Positions 15,637-23,800 of a stretch of 32,000 nucleotides of DNA are shown here, piece after piece. A model generated the notes under the pieces. The model worked only from the letters and a program-made list of their open reading frames with translations. It searched no databases and was not told the origin of the DNA. This DNA comes from Candidatus Kuenenia stuttgartensis. Lineage in GTDB: Bacteria > Planctomycetota > Brocadiia > Brocadiales > Brocadiaceae. A program made the translations under genes and the position numbers. Position 1 is the stretch's first letter, and the number at the start of each line of letters is the position of its first letter. Location: positions 2,760,001 to 2,792,000 of the forward strand of contig NZ_LT934425.1 of NCBI RefSeq assembly GCF_900232105.1, given 5' to 3'.

Positions 15637-17661
15637 ATGCCCAGAGATATACCGGTAGGGAACGGTTCAATGTTGGTTACATTTGACTCCGAGTATCAGA
15701 TACGTGATATTTATTATCCGTATGTTGGCAGTGAGAATCATACGATTGGCCATCCGTGCAGAATGGGTATTTGGGTGGATGGACATTATAGCTGGGTGGA
15801 CAGCGAGTGGCAAAAAACGCTGACGTATAAAACGGATACACTAGTTACTGACGTAAAGGCAAAAAATGACCGGCTGAAAATAGAACTTCAGATGTACGAC
15901 ACGGTCGACTTCCATCTGAACATATTTGTAAAGGAAATCATCATCAGGAATCTTGATGGGAAAGATCGTGAGATCAGGCTGTTTTTTTATCATGATTTTC
16001 ATATTTATGGCAATGAGATCGGTGACACGGCGTATTATGACCCGGATACCATGTCAATTATTCATTATAAATCCCAGCGTTATTTTTTAGTTAATTGTTG
16101 CGACCCATCCAAGTGCGGAGTAGACCATTTTGCCACCGGCGAGAAGGAGATGCATGGTGCGGAAGGTACGTGGAGAGATGCGGAGGACGGTTTTTTGAGC
16201 GGCAATCCCATTGCTCAGGGGTCAGTGGACTCTACAATCGGCATTAACCTCCATATAAAGGCACACGGGGAAAATTTAACCCATTACTGGATTGCTGCAG
16301 GCAGGAAACATAGCGAGGTGGTAGCGCTCAACAAGAGTATCTGGGAAAAAACACCGGAAGAACTCATTCGGCGCACGGAGAACTATTGGAAATTATGGGT
16401 AAATAAGGAATCACTGCAATTTTACGATCTTCCCGAAAGTCTGGTGTCTTTTTTTAAGCGGAGCTTGTTGATAATGAGGACACAGATTGATAACAATGGC
16501 GCGATTATTGCGGCAAATGATTCTGATATTACCAAGTTCGGGAAAGACACCTATTCCTACATGTGGCCTCGCGATGGTGCCCTCGTTGCATACGCGCTTA
16601 TACAATCTGGATACAGTGATGTATCAAAACGTTTTTTTCAATTTTGCGCGGATGTTATTTCTCCGGAAGGCTATTTACTCCACAAATATAATCCTGATCA
16701 ATCTCTTGCCAGTTCATGGCATCCGTGGTTCAAAGACCGGAGAAAGAGCCTTCCGATACAGGAAGATGGCATTGCGCAGGTAATTTGGGCATTATGGCAT
16801 CATTACGATAAATTCAGAGATATTGAGTTTGTGAAGCCCCTGTACCGGCATTTAATCATGAATGCCGCAGAATTTATGGTGAAATTCAGAGATGAAGAGA
16901 CGGGATTGCCTCTTGCCTCATACGATTTATGGGAAGAGCGATATGGGGTGCATACCTTTACCGTATCGGCAGTGATCGCGGGACTAAGGGCGGCTGGAAA
17001 TTTTGCCTGCGCCTTCGGGGAAGAGGAATTCGGCACAAAATATTATGAAATAGCGGATAAAATCAAAGACGCCCTTATTGCGAATTTTTATAATAAAACG
17101 GAAGGGCGTTTTGCGAGGATGGGAACAAGGAACGCAAAAGGGTATGATTTGGATATGACTGTAGATGCAAGTCTTTACGGGCTTATTGCATTTGAGACAC
17201 TTGCCCCTGGCCAACCGATGGCTGTATCAACAATGGAGGCTGTTAAGAAGAGTCTCAGGGTAAACACTTCTGTCGGCGGCATAGCGCGATATTCCAATGA
17301 TTATTATCAGCGAGTAAATACCGGCAGAGAAGGCATTCCTGGGAATCCGTGGTTTATCTGTACTCTATGGATGACGGAATACGATATCATGCGGGCCGGA
17401 AATCTTGATGAATTGAATGAGGCACTGTCAGGTCTGGAATGGGTTGTTGGCAAGGCGTTGAAATCCGGAGTCCTGGCAGAACAGGTAAATCCGTTTACCG
17501 ACGAACCTCTCTCTGTATCCCCCTTAACATGGAGTCATGCGACATTTGTTACTGCCTTACTAAAATACATGGAGAAGAAAGAACGGCTGTTAACCTGTAA
17601 GTCATGCGGCCATTCTCAGTATTATATGCACCGTCAGGTACAAAAACCCTGTAATGTATAA
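15637..17661 (+). CDS. Glycoside hydrolase family 15 protein (glucoamylase / glucodextranase / trehalase type)
   Basis: The ORF is open from 15604, but ATG 15637 follows GAAGGAGGTGG. The N-terminus is MPRDIPVGNGSMLVTFDSEYQIRDIYYPYVG. The catalytic-domain motifs are YSYMWPRDGALVAYAL and DLWEERYGVHTFTVSAVIAGL, plus LTWSHATFV. It has an unusual Cys-containing tail, LTCKSCGHSQYYMHRQVQKPCNV. Confidence 0.9.
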   Translation: MPRDIPVGNGSMLVTFDSEYQIRDIYYPYVGSENHTIGHPCRMGIWVDGHYSWVDSEWQKTLTYKTDTLVTDVKAKNDRLKIELQMYDTVDFHLNIFVKEIIIRNLDGKDREIRLFFYHDFHIYGNEIGDTAYYDPDTMSIIHYKSQRYFLVNCCDPSKCGVDHFATGEKEMHGAEGTWRDAEDGFLSGNPIAQGSVDSTIGINLHIKAHGENLTHYWIAAGRKHSEVVALNKSIWEKTPEELIRRTENYWKLWVNKESLQFYDLPESLVSFFKRSLLIMRTQIDNNGAIIAANDSDITKFGKDTYSYMWPRDGALVAYALIQSGYSDVSKRFFQFCADVISPEGYLLHKYNPDQSLASSWHPWFKDRRKSLPIQEDGIAQVIWALWHHYDKFRDIEFVKPLYRHLIMNAAEFMVKFRDEETGLPLASYDLWEERYGVHTFTVSAVIAGLRAAGNFACAFGEEEFGTKYYEIADKIKDALIANFYNKTEGRFARMGTRNAKGYDLDMTVDASLYGLIAFETLAPGQPMAVSTMEAVKKSLRVNTSVGGIARYSNDYYQRVNTGREGIPGNPWFICTLWMTEYDIMRAGNLDELNEALSGLEWVVGKALKSGVLAEQVNPFTDEPLSVSPLTWSHATFVTALLKYMEKKERLLTCKSCGHSQYYMHRQVQKPCNV

Positions 17662-17707
17662 ACAGATTGTACGGAAATTTTCACCTGAAAAATGAAAGAA
17701 ACACCCC

Positions 17708-17730
17708 TGACAGGATTTGAAACCCTGTCA
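17708..17730. repeat. REP-like hairpin TGACAGG-atttgaaac-CCTGTCA, related to the internal hairpin of family-A MITEs
   Basis: Compare CTGACAGGGTTCAGAACCCTGTCAG at 5173-5197. It lies 47 nt after the GH15 stop and may act as an mRNA 3' stabiliser or terminator, but no U-tract follows. Confidence 0.5.
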
Positions 17731-17959
17731 TGGTTAATATACAATTCTGTGAGAGGATGAAAGCATGAAATATACAAAATTTTTCATTATCGCCGCGATT
17801 TTCCTCTCGTTCCCAAGCTCCGGCTTGGGAACGCAATTGTTTGAGAAGCTCCGGCTTCGCATGGAAAAAAGAATGAAACCATGCTACCCAGGATATTTGA
17901 AAATATACTTTCATGCTTCGTTAAATCTTTAAATCCCTTCCCAGTGGGGGGCAAGGGGG

Positions 17960-19343
17960 CATAAGCGCTAACTTGTTTTAGGTATGCTCGAAGTATTTTG
18001 ATATCTGTGTTTTTCGGATTCTTGTATTTTCTGCTAAAGAACAAGCAATGTCATTCCAGCACTTAAGAACTTCCTGTAATGATAACGCTGGTTCTATAGC
18101 CCGTTTTACTTGATTAAGCATAAAAGCAAATTCACGCCATTTGCTTTTAGTCTTCTTGCTTGACAATGAAGTATCCCCAGGGGGAAAAAGACGTAGCAAA
18201 ATCTATTAGTTTTTCTGTCAAAAGAGCAACGAATAGTTTGCCATAAAGCCAAGCTTTTGAGCTATCATCATCGTATTTAGGTAAGTGTCCAAATTGTGCT
18301 ATTTGTTTAAATCTTTTAAAGACCAGTTCAATTTGCCATCGAACTCGATACCATTCTAAGATATCAAAAGCGGTAAATTGATTTTCAGGAAACGTTGTGA
18401 ATACTATTACGTACTTGGCATAAATAAGGGTCTCCGGTTTTAGTTCAATGCCCTTTTTGCTTGCATGTCTTTTAAGTTTTTTATGAGCTATTTTAATGGC
18501 TTCTTCTGTTTTGCGTATTATACAAAGACGACCTTTGACATATTCAGTATTATCAACGTTTGGAATAAAAACGTTCCATGATTTTATAGCAAGGGGTCTT
18601 TTTAAATATTGGATTTCTTTCAATAAAGGAAAGGGTTTCTTTTCTTCGCCGAATATCCGTAGAGATTGCGAATTAACTCTAACGCTAAGATAAGCGCCTT
18701 TCCTTGTTGCATGATGAATTCCTTGGCCAGTACAGTAACCTCTGTCAGCTATAATATAATCATCTTTTTTCATCGGAAACTGCCGAAAAGATTCTCCTGT
18801 GCCTTCTCCTTCAGTTCCCGTAAGTTTAAAGAAATCGCAAGATAATGAAGGAACCTCAATACTATAATGAATGCGCCAAAGACTTCCTGTTTTCCCAGGT
18901 TCCTTTACTGTTGTTGCATCAAATAAGCGAAGATGAAAATTATTCCGTTTATTAATTTGGAGGCCACGCTCACGGAATAAAGATAAACATAATTTATATA
19001 GCCATTCTTTGCTCTTTTTTAATCGCTTTAATAAGGCAACATCGGATAAATCTGCTAAGTTAGCACGCTTGGCTCGAACTACTGTTTCACGCAATGAATA
19101 GCCACATCCTAAATGAATTAATAATGTTCGAAGAAGCTTTTCTTCAGATTTATCCTTGCGCAAGCCTTTTAAAGCATTTGTATCAACGGCTAAACTTTTC
19201 CAATCGTTTGGGAAGAAAGTTCTTAGAAGATCCCAATCTTCTCTCATCATGGCTTTATCCTCCTATAGAGTGATTAGCGGGATAATTAACATAAAAATAC
19301 CATGATGAATAAAATTTGTCAATAAAACAAGTTAGCGCTTATG
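17960..19343 (-). mobile_element. IS4-family insertion sequence (1384 bp) with 20-bp perfect terminal inverted repeats and an 11-bp target duplication
   Basis: IRs are CATAAGCGCTAACTTGTTTT (17960-17979) and AAAACAAGTTAGCGCTTATG (19324-19343). The direct repeat GGGCAAGGGGG occurs at 17949-17959 and 19344-19354. Confidence 0.9.
18147..19250 (-). CDS. IS4-family DDE transposase, with the C-terminus possibly frameshifted
   Basis: 367 aa. The IS4 signature Y-x2-R-x3-E-x6-K is present as YRVRWQIELVFKRFK, and ADRGY is a DDE region motif. The remaining ~60 codons up to the IR are open in another frame (ORF 17978-18199). Confidence 0.85.
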   Translation of the reverse strand: MMREDWDLLRTFFPNDWKSLAVDTNALKGLRKDKSEEKLLRTLLIHLGCGYSLRETVVRAKRANLADLSDVALLKRLKKSKEWLYKLCLSLFRERGLQINKRNNFHLRLFDATTVKEPGKTGSLWRIHYSIEVPSLSCDFFKLTGTEGEGTGESFRQFPMKKDDYIIADRGYCTGQGIHHATRKGAYLSVRVNSQSLRIFGEEKKPFPLLKEIQYLKRPLAIKSWNVFIPNVDNTEYVKGRLCIIRKTEEAIKIAHKKLKRHASKKGIELKPETLIYAKYVIVFTTFPENQFTAFDILEWYRVRWQIELVFKRFKQIAQFGHLPKYDDDSSKAWLYGKLFVALLTEKLIDFATSFSPWGYFIVKQED

Positions 19344-19552
19344 GGGCAAGGGGGGGGATGCTAATCCCTTTAACCACTTACAAAGTTTGGACCAAATAAT
19401 TATTACGAAAGGGAAGCGGGAGCTTCCAATGCACTTGCGTTCCCAAGCCAGAGCTTGGGAACGAGCGTTTTTAAACAGATTGCATGGAAATCTTCATTTT
19501 TTATGTGAGGTGGTAATACTTCCCAAAACAACTCTTCAACAGGAGACCAGGC

Positions 19553-20230
19553 ATGAAATATACAAAATTTTTCATTATCGCCGCGATTGTTGGCTTGTTC
19601 GTCGTGTTCTATATGCTGGGCTTCAATAAGTATCTTTCATTGGAAGCCTTGCAGACAAACAGAGAGGCGTTGAATACCCTTTACCACGAGCATCGGGTAG
19701 CCTTTACGGGCGCATTTATGTTGATTTATATCATTTCAGCCGCCATTTCCTTGCCAGGAGCGACCATTCTTACATTAACAGGGGGGTTCATTTTCGGCCC
19801 CCTTCCTGGTTCTGGTATTGTAATTGTATCCGCAACAATTGGCGCTTCTTTGGCGTTTCTCGTTGCCCGGTTTATCTTAAGAAATACCCTGGAAAAAAAA
19901 TATGAACGTAATCTGAAAAAATTTAACGAAGGTATTGCAAAAAATGCCTGGAGCTATCTCCTGTTTTTAAGGCTGGTTCCGCCTTTCCCCTTTTTCCTGA
20001 TTAATATCGTCATGGGACTCACCCGCGTACCATTACGGACATTTGCCTTGGTAAGTTTCATCGGCATGTATCCCGGCACTTTTGTTTATACCCTGGCAGG
20101 CGGTCAGCTTGCAACCATCCATTCTGTAAAGGATATCGCCTCTCCCCGGTTGATAGGCGCTTTCACCCTCCTGGGGTGCTTTGCTTTAATACCAGGTATT
20201 TACAAAAAGTTAAAGGGAGCAAAAAAATGA
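19553..20230 (+). CDS. TVP38/TMEM64 (DedA/SNARE-associated) family membrane protein
   Basis: 225 aa and multi-TM. The family motifs are ISLPGATILTLTGGFIFGPLPG and LRLVPPFPFFLINIVMGLTRVPLRTF. The RBS AGGAG is upstream. The stop overlaps the next start (ATGA, 20227-20230). Confidence 0.85.
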   Translation: MKYTKFFIIAAIVGLFVVFYMLGFNKYLSLEALQTNREALNTLYHEHRVAFTGAFMLIYIISAAISLPGATILTLTGGFIFGPLPGSGIVIVSATIGASLAFLVARFILRNTLEKKYERNLKKFNEGIAKNAWSYLLFLRLVPPFPFFLINIVMGLTRVPLRTFALVSFIGMYPGTFVYTLAGGQLATIHSVKDIASPRLIGAFTLLGCFALIPGIYKKLKGAKK

Positions 20231-21645
20231 GATATGATTATCACATTATTGTTATCGGCGCAGGGAGCGGTGGATTGGTCGTTGCCTCCGGAGCGGCAAG
20301 CCTGGGCGCCAGAGTAGCATTAATCGAAGCGGAAAAAATGGGAGGCGATTGCCTGAATGCCGGTTGTGTACCCAGTAAGACATTTTTAAAGAGCGCCCAT
20401 ATAGCCAAGGCAATTCGGGATGCATCAATGTACGGCTTAACTGCAGATTTGAAGAAGGTGGATATTACCACAGTCATGGACAGGGTTAACAAGGTAATCC
20501 GTGAGATAGAACCACACGATTCCAGAGAGCGTTATGAAGGGCTTGGAGTAGATGTTATCTTAGGCTTCGGTGAGCTTCAGGATAGACACACGGTAAAAAT
20601 CGGGAATGAAACAATAACGGGCAAATATATTGTCATTGCCACGGGTTCCGAACCAGCCGTCCCGCCAATCCACGGTTTAAATGAAGTCAATTATCAAACA
20701 AATCGTACCATTTTTCATCTAAAAGAACTTCCAGGACATTTAATCGTATTAGGCAGCGGGCCTATCGGTATTGAACTAGGTCAGGGATTTCGCCATCTGG
20801 GTTCTCAGGTAACGATCATTAACCGCAGTCCGGGCTTATTCAAAAAAGATGACCCCGAAGTAGGGCCTCTTATGGAGAAACAACTGAAAGATGACGGCAT
20901 AGAGCTTCTTTTGGGGATTGTATACCGGGAGGTCAGGCAGGATAGCGATGTAATATCTGTCGAAATAGAACATGAAGGCAAGGGGCGTATTATTACCGGG
21001 GATCAGCTACTGGTAGCTACCGGACGATTACCGGCAACGAAGAATCTGGGACTTGATAAGGTTGGGGTCAGAGTAGACGAAAAAGGATATATCGTCACTG
21101 ACAAAAAACAGAAGACCTCCGTAAAAAATATCTATGCCTGCGGAGATGTAACAGGTCATTATCAGTTCACTCACATGGCCGGTTATCAGGCTGGGATTAT
21201 CATTCGCAATATAATATTCAAACTGTGCGCTAAAGTAGATTATTCAGCAGTTCCATGGACTACCTATACAAAACCGGAGGTGGCCCATGTGGGATATACA
21301 GAACCCATGGCAAGGAAGACCGGTACATATAAAAGTTCGCTGAAGGTAGACCTGTGTGCGATAGACAGGGCAAAGGCAGAAGATGACCGTGTAGGTTTTT
21401 TAAAGCTGAACCTGGGCAAAAAAGGGCGTATCATTGGAGCGACGCTTGTCGGTGAAAAGGCAGGGGAAATGATCCCAGCAATAACAATCGCCATTAAGCA
21501 GAAACTTACCGCCGGCATTTTCATGAATATGATATTCTCATATCCTACAGAATCGGAAATTCTCAAATCTGCCTCCCTGGAGGCAGCGAAACAGTCATTG
21601 AAACCCTGGATGAAGAAGGTGATTCGGGCGGTGTTGTTACGCTAA
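20227..21645 (+). CDS. Pyridine nucleotide-disulfide oxidoreductase, dihydrolipoyl dehydrogenase / mercuric-reductase-like (class I flavoprotein)
   Basis: The ORF track starts at 20176, but ATG 20227 gives MRYDYHIIVIGAGSGGLV (FAD GxGxxG). The redox-active disulfide motif is GGDCLNAGCVPSK. The NAD site is LIVLGSGPIGIELGQ. The dimerisation domain is ..FSYPTESEILK. There is no C-terminal Cys-Cys pair and no NmerA domain, so it is not a canonical MerA. Confidence 0.85.
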   Translation: MRYDYHIIVIGAGSGGLVVASGAASLGARVALIEAEKMGGDCLNAGCVPSKTFLKSAHIAKAIRDASMYGLTADLKKVDITTVMDRVNKVIREIEPHDSRERYEGLGVDVILGFGELQDRHTVKIGNETITGKYIVIATGSEPAVPPIHGLNEVNYQTNRTIFHLKELPGHLIVLGSGPIGIELGQGFRHLGSQVTIINRSPGLFKKDDPEVGPLMEKQLKDDGIELLLGIVYREVRQDSDVISVEIEHEGKGRIITGDQLLVATGRLPATKNLGLDKVGVRVDEKGYIVTDKKQKTSVKNIYACGDVTGHYQFTHMAGYQAGIIIRNIIFKLCAKVDYSAVPWTTYTKPEVAHVGYTEPMARKTGTYKSSLKVDLCAIDRAKAEDDRVGFLKLNLGKKGRIIGATLVGEKAGEMIPAITIAIKQKLTAGIFMNMIFSYPTESEILKSASLEAAKQSLKPWMKKVIRAVLLR

Positions 21646-21652
21646 CAATTTT

Positions 21653-21677
21653 AAAAATCCTGGCGGGTGGATTTTTT
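21653..21677 (+). terminator. Possible weak intrinsic terminator after the oxidoreductase gene
   Basis: AAAAATCC-tggcgggt-GGATTTTT followed by T. The stem is A/U-rich, so stability is doubtful. Confidence 0.3.
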
Positions 21678-21832
21678 ACTTTATGGGAATAAATTATGGT
21701 TTTTATTTGTCATTAATGTCATAGAAAGACAGTAATACCTGTCTTTAGGCACAATGAAGTTGTTTCTGCCCGGGGGGTGTTAGATCATTTTGATTGTATC
21801 TTATCCGAAGGGATTTTTTATAGGAGAGCAAC

Positions 21833-22252
21833 ATGTTTAAAAACATTGCGTTATCTTTATGCTTTATAATGGCCAGTGGATATGGATTTTCGTACAACAC
21901 GGTAAAAGCCCAAACACCTACCCCTACGTTAGTGCCTACACCGACACTGAAAGGTAGTGCTTCCGGTACAGTAACAGCTAAAAAATCCGGCAAACCAATT
22001 AAACGTGCAAAAGTTTCTTTGAAAAGCAAGGAACTGAATTTTAAAGACAAAACCACCACTGATAACGACGGTAAATATGTATTTTCAGATTTAAGCGCTG
22101 GCAATTATACCCTGAAGGCGAAGAAGCACGGCTTTAAGAATGCAAAAAAGAAATTTGAACTTGCAGAAGGTGAAAATGAGGTGGCCGACATTCAATTGAA
22201 AAAAGAAACGAGCGATGACGGCAATGGTGACGATGGCGATGGTGGATACTAA
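21833..22252 (+). CDS. Small secreted carboxypeptidase-regulatory-like (CarboxypepD_reg) domain protein with an acidic Gly/Asp tail
   Basis: 139 aa. Signal-like N-terminus MFKNIALSLCFIMASGYG. A TP-rich linker follows. GTVTAKKSGKPIKRAKVSLKS..TTTDNDGKYVFSDLSAGNYTLKAKKHGFK is a typical Cna-B/CarboxypepD_reg beta-sandwich. The tail is SDDGNGDDGDGGY. Confidence 0.7.
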   Translation: MFKNIALSLCFIMASGYGFSYNTVKAQTPTPTLVPTPTLKGSASGTVTAKKSGKPIKRAKVSLKSKELNFKDKTTTDNDGKYVFSDLSAGNYTLKAKKHGFKNAKKKFELAEGENEVADIQLKKETSDDGNGDDGDGGY

Positions 22253-22291
22253 GGGACTTGGAATTTTCTATTATACCGTTTAACTCCCGGC

Positions 22292-22474
22292 GGGTTCAGG
22301 TTTGCAACCTGAACCTATGAGTTTATGCGTATAATGGGGCAATGTACTACGGCAAAATTCCAATGCCCAAATCACAAAATCCCTGTTTGGAATCTGGAAT
22401 TTATTTGTCATTTGTTCTCCTATTAGAAGGCTGGATTGAAAGTATAAAACGTTTGGTTCAGGTTACAAACCTGA
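22292..22474. mobile_element. Family-C element, with its right terminal hairpin interrupted by the IS110-family element
   Basis: It begins GGGTTCAGGTTTGCAACCTGAACC and ends ..GGTTCAGGTTACAAACCTGA at 22474. The missing half of the hairpin (ACCCGCG) resumes at 24077. Confidence 0.75.
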
Positions 22475-22576
22475 TAATCATATAGAAGGCACCTCCGAGC
22501 GCACTCTTCATGGTAAAATGGAGGATACCGTGAAAGGCGATTGTTAAATAATAACAAAGTAAGGAGGGAGCGAGCA

Positions 22577-23593
22577 ATGGGATATTTCGTAGGAATAGAT
22601 TTACATGGTGATAATAATTATATTGGAATACTCGATGAGGAGGATCGGAAGGTATTCAAGAGGAGAAACCGTAATGACATCAATGAAATAAAGCGCGTAT
22701 TAGAGCCATACAAAAAAGAAATAAAGGGTATAGTAGTAGAATCGACCTTTAACTGGTACTGGATAGTGGATGGTCTGATGGAGGCAGGCTATCAGGTACA
22801 CCTGGCAAATACATCGGCAATGCAGCAGTATGAGGGATTAAAGTACATTGACGACACGAGGGATTCGTTTTGGTTGGCAAAGATGTTACGGTTAAAGATA
22901 TTACCAGAGGGATATATTTATCCCAAAGAGACGCGGTCAGTGAGGGATTTACTGAGGAAGCGGATGATGTTGGTACAACAAAGGACAGCGCATATATTGA
23001 GTATGCAAACGATGGTAAACCGTAACAAAGGAGTACCGATAAGCGGTGATACGATAAAGAAGCTGAGTAACGAAGAGGTAATGGGGATGTTCAGCGACGT
23101 GCATTTGACCATGTCAGCACAGTGCGATCACGAGGTAATAGAGGTATTAAATAAGCAGATATACAAGATAGAGAAAGCGGTATTAAAGGAGGTGAAGCTA
23201 AAGAAGCCGTATAAGAAATTGCTCAAGGTGCCTGGGATAGGCGAAATCCTGGCAATGACGATAATGCTGGAGACTGGGAACATAGAGCGATTTAGTGATG
23301 TGGGGATGTATTCATCTTATTGCAGATGCGTATCGGCAAAAAAATTATCGAATGGTAAGAGCAAAGGGAAAGGAAACCGTAAGAACGGGAATAAATACCT
23401 TGCGTGGGCGTATGTGGAGGCAGCGCATTTTCACGTAAGATTTTGCGAAAAGGGAAGGAAATGGCATCAGAGGAAGGCGTCAAAGAGCCATGTAGTTCTG
23501 GCAACGAAAGCCTTGAGCAATAAGCTGGCCAGGGCATGTTATTACATAATAAAGGAGCAAGTAAACTACGACGAGAAAAAAATGTTTGGGTAG
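22577..23593 (+). CDS. IS110-family (DEDD) transposase/recombinase
   Basis: The ORF track starts at TTG 22541, but ATG 22577 follows AAGGAGGGAG. The N-terminus is MGYFVGIDLHGDNNYIGILDE (DEDD domain). The C-terminal region is LLKVPGIGEILAMTIMLETGNIERFSDVGMYSSYCRCV..GNRKNGNKYLAWAYVEAA, typical of IS110 transposases. Confidence 0.9.
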   Translation: MGYFVGIDLHGDNNYIGILDEEDRKVFKRRNRNDINEIKRVLEPYKKEIKGIVVESTFNWYWIVDGLMEAGYQVHLANTSAMQQYEGLKYIDDTRDSFWLAKMLRLKILPEGYIYPKETRSVRDLLRKRMMLVQQRTAHILSMQTMVNRNKGVPISGDTIKKLSNEEVMGMFSDVHLTMSAQCDHEVIEVLNKQIYKIEKAVLKEVKLKKPYKKLLKVPGIGEILAMTIMLETGNIERFSDVGMYSSYCRCVSAKKLSNGKSKGKGNRKNGNKYLAWAYVEAAHFHVRFCEKGRKWHQRKASKSHVVLATKALSNKLARACYYIIKEQVNYDEKKMFG

Positions 23594-23594
23594 C

Positions 23595-23800
23595 AAGCAG
23601 ATTAGGTGGTGCAAGGAACCGGTTGCGGGTTAGGTAACCAATCCATGAAACCTGATTGGAAGTTGTTCCACCTTTTATTATGAGTTGTGCCGGTAAAGGA
23701 ATCGGCGAAAAAGAATATTCCATTCTGATCTGCCCATACCATGAGCCGTGAGGTTTTGGCCGTAGAGCCGAATATTCTGTGAATAACGATTGGACACTGG
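23595..23800 (+). ncRNA. Candidate IS110/IS1111-type bridge (seek) RNA in the 3' non-coding arm
   Basis: About 480 bp of non-coding, GC-richer sequence lies after the transposase stop. The stem GGTGG..GGAAC (23604-23619) pairs with GTTCCACC (23666-23673) and encloses a loop. That loop contains GCGGGTT (23625-23631), the complement of right target flank AACCCGC. It also contains AAACCTGAT (23648-23656), identical to the left junction. A TTTTATTA run follows. The extent of the RNA is a guess. Confidence 0.3.

Larger units (their letters stand above)
17806..19465. mobile_element. MITE family B copy, split by insertion of the IS4-family element
   Basis: The left part from 17806 (CTCGTTCCCAAGCTCCGGCTTGGGAACGCAATTGTTTGAGAAGCTCCGGCTTCGCATGG..) matches the reverse complement of 1080-1160. 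The right end is GGGAGCTTCCAATGCACTTGCGTTCCCAAGCCAGAGCTTGGGAACGAG, ending at 19465. Confidence 0.7.

Noticed and set aside
15149-15670. 173-aa minus-strand ORF across the GMC/GH15 junction, and 13295-13753 (152 aa) opposite the Tat small subunit
   Set aside because: They are antisense to genes with clear family motifs, and no motifs of their own were recognised.
17681-18044. ORFs 17681-17914 (77 aa) and 17787-18044 (85 aa) on the minus strand
   Set aside because: They lie across the duplicated gene fragment, the MITE arm and the IS terminal repeat. Their open frames are by-products of repeat sequence.
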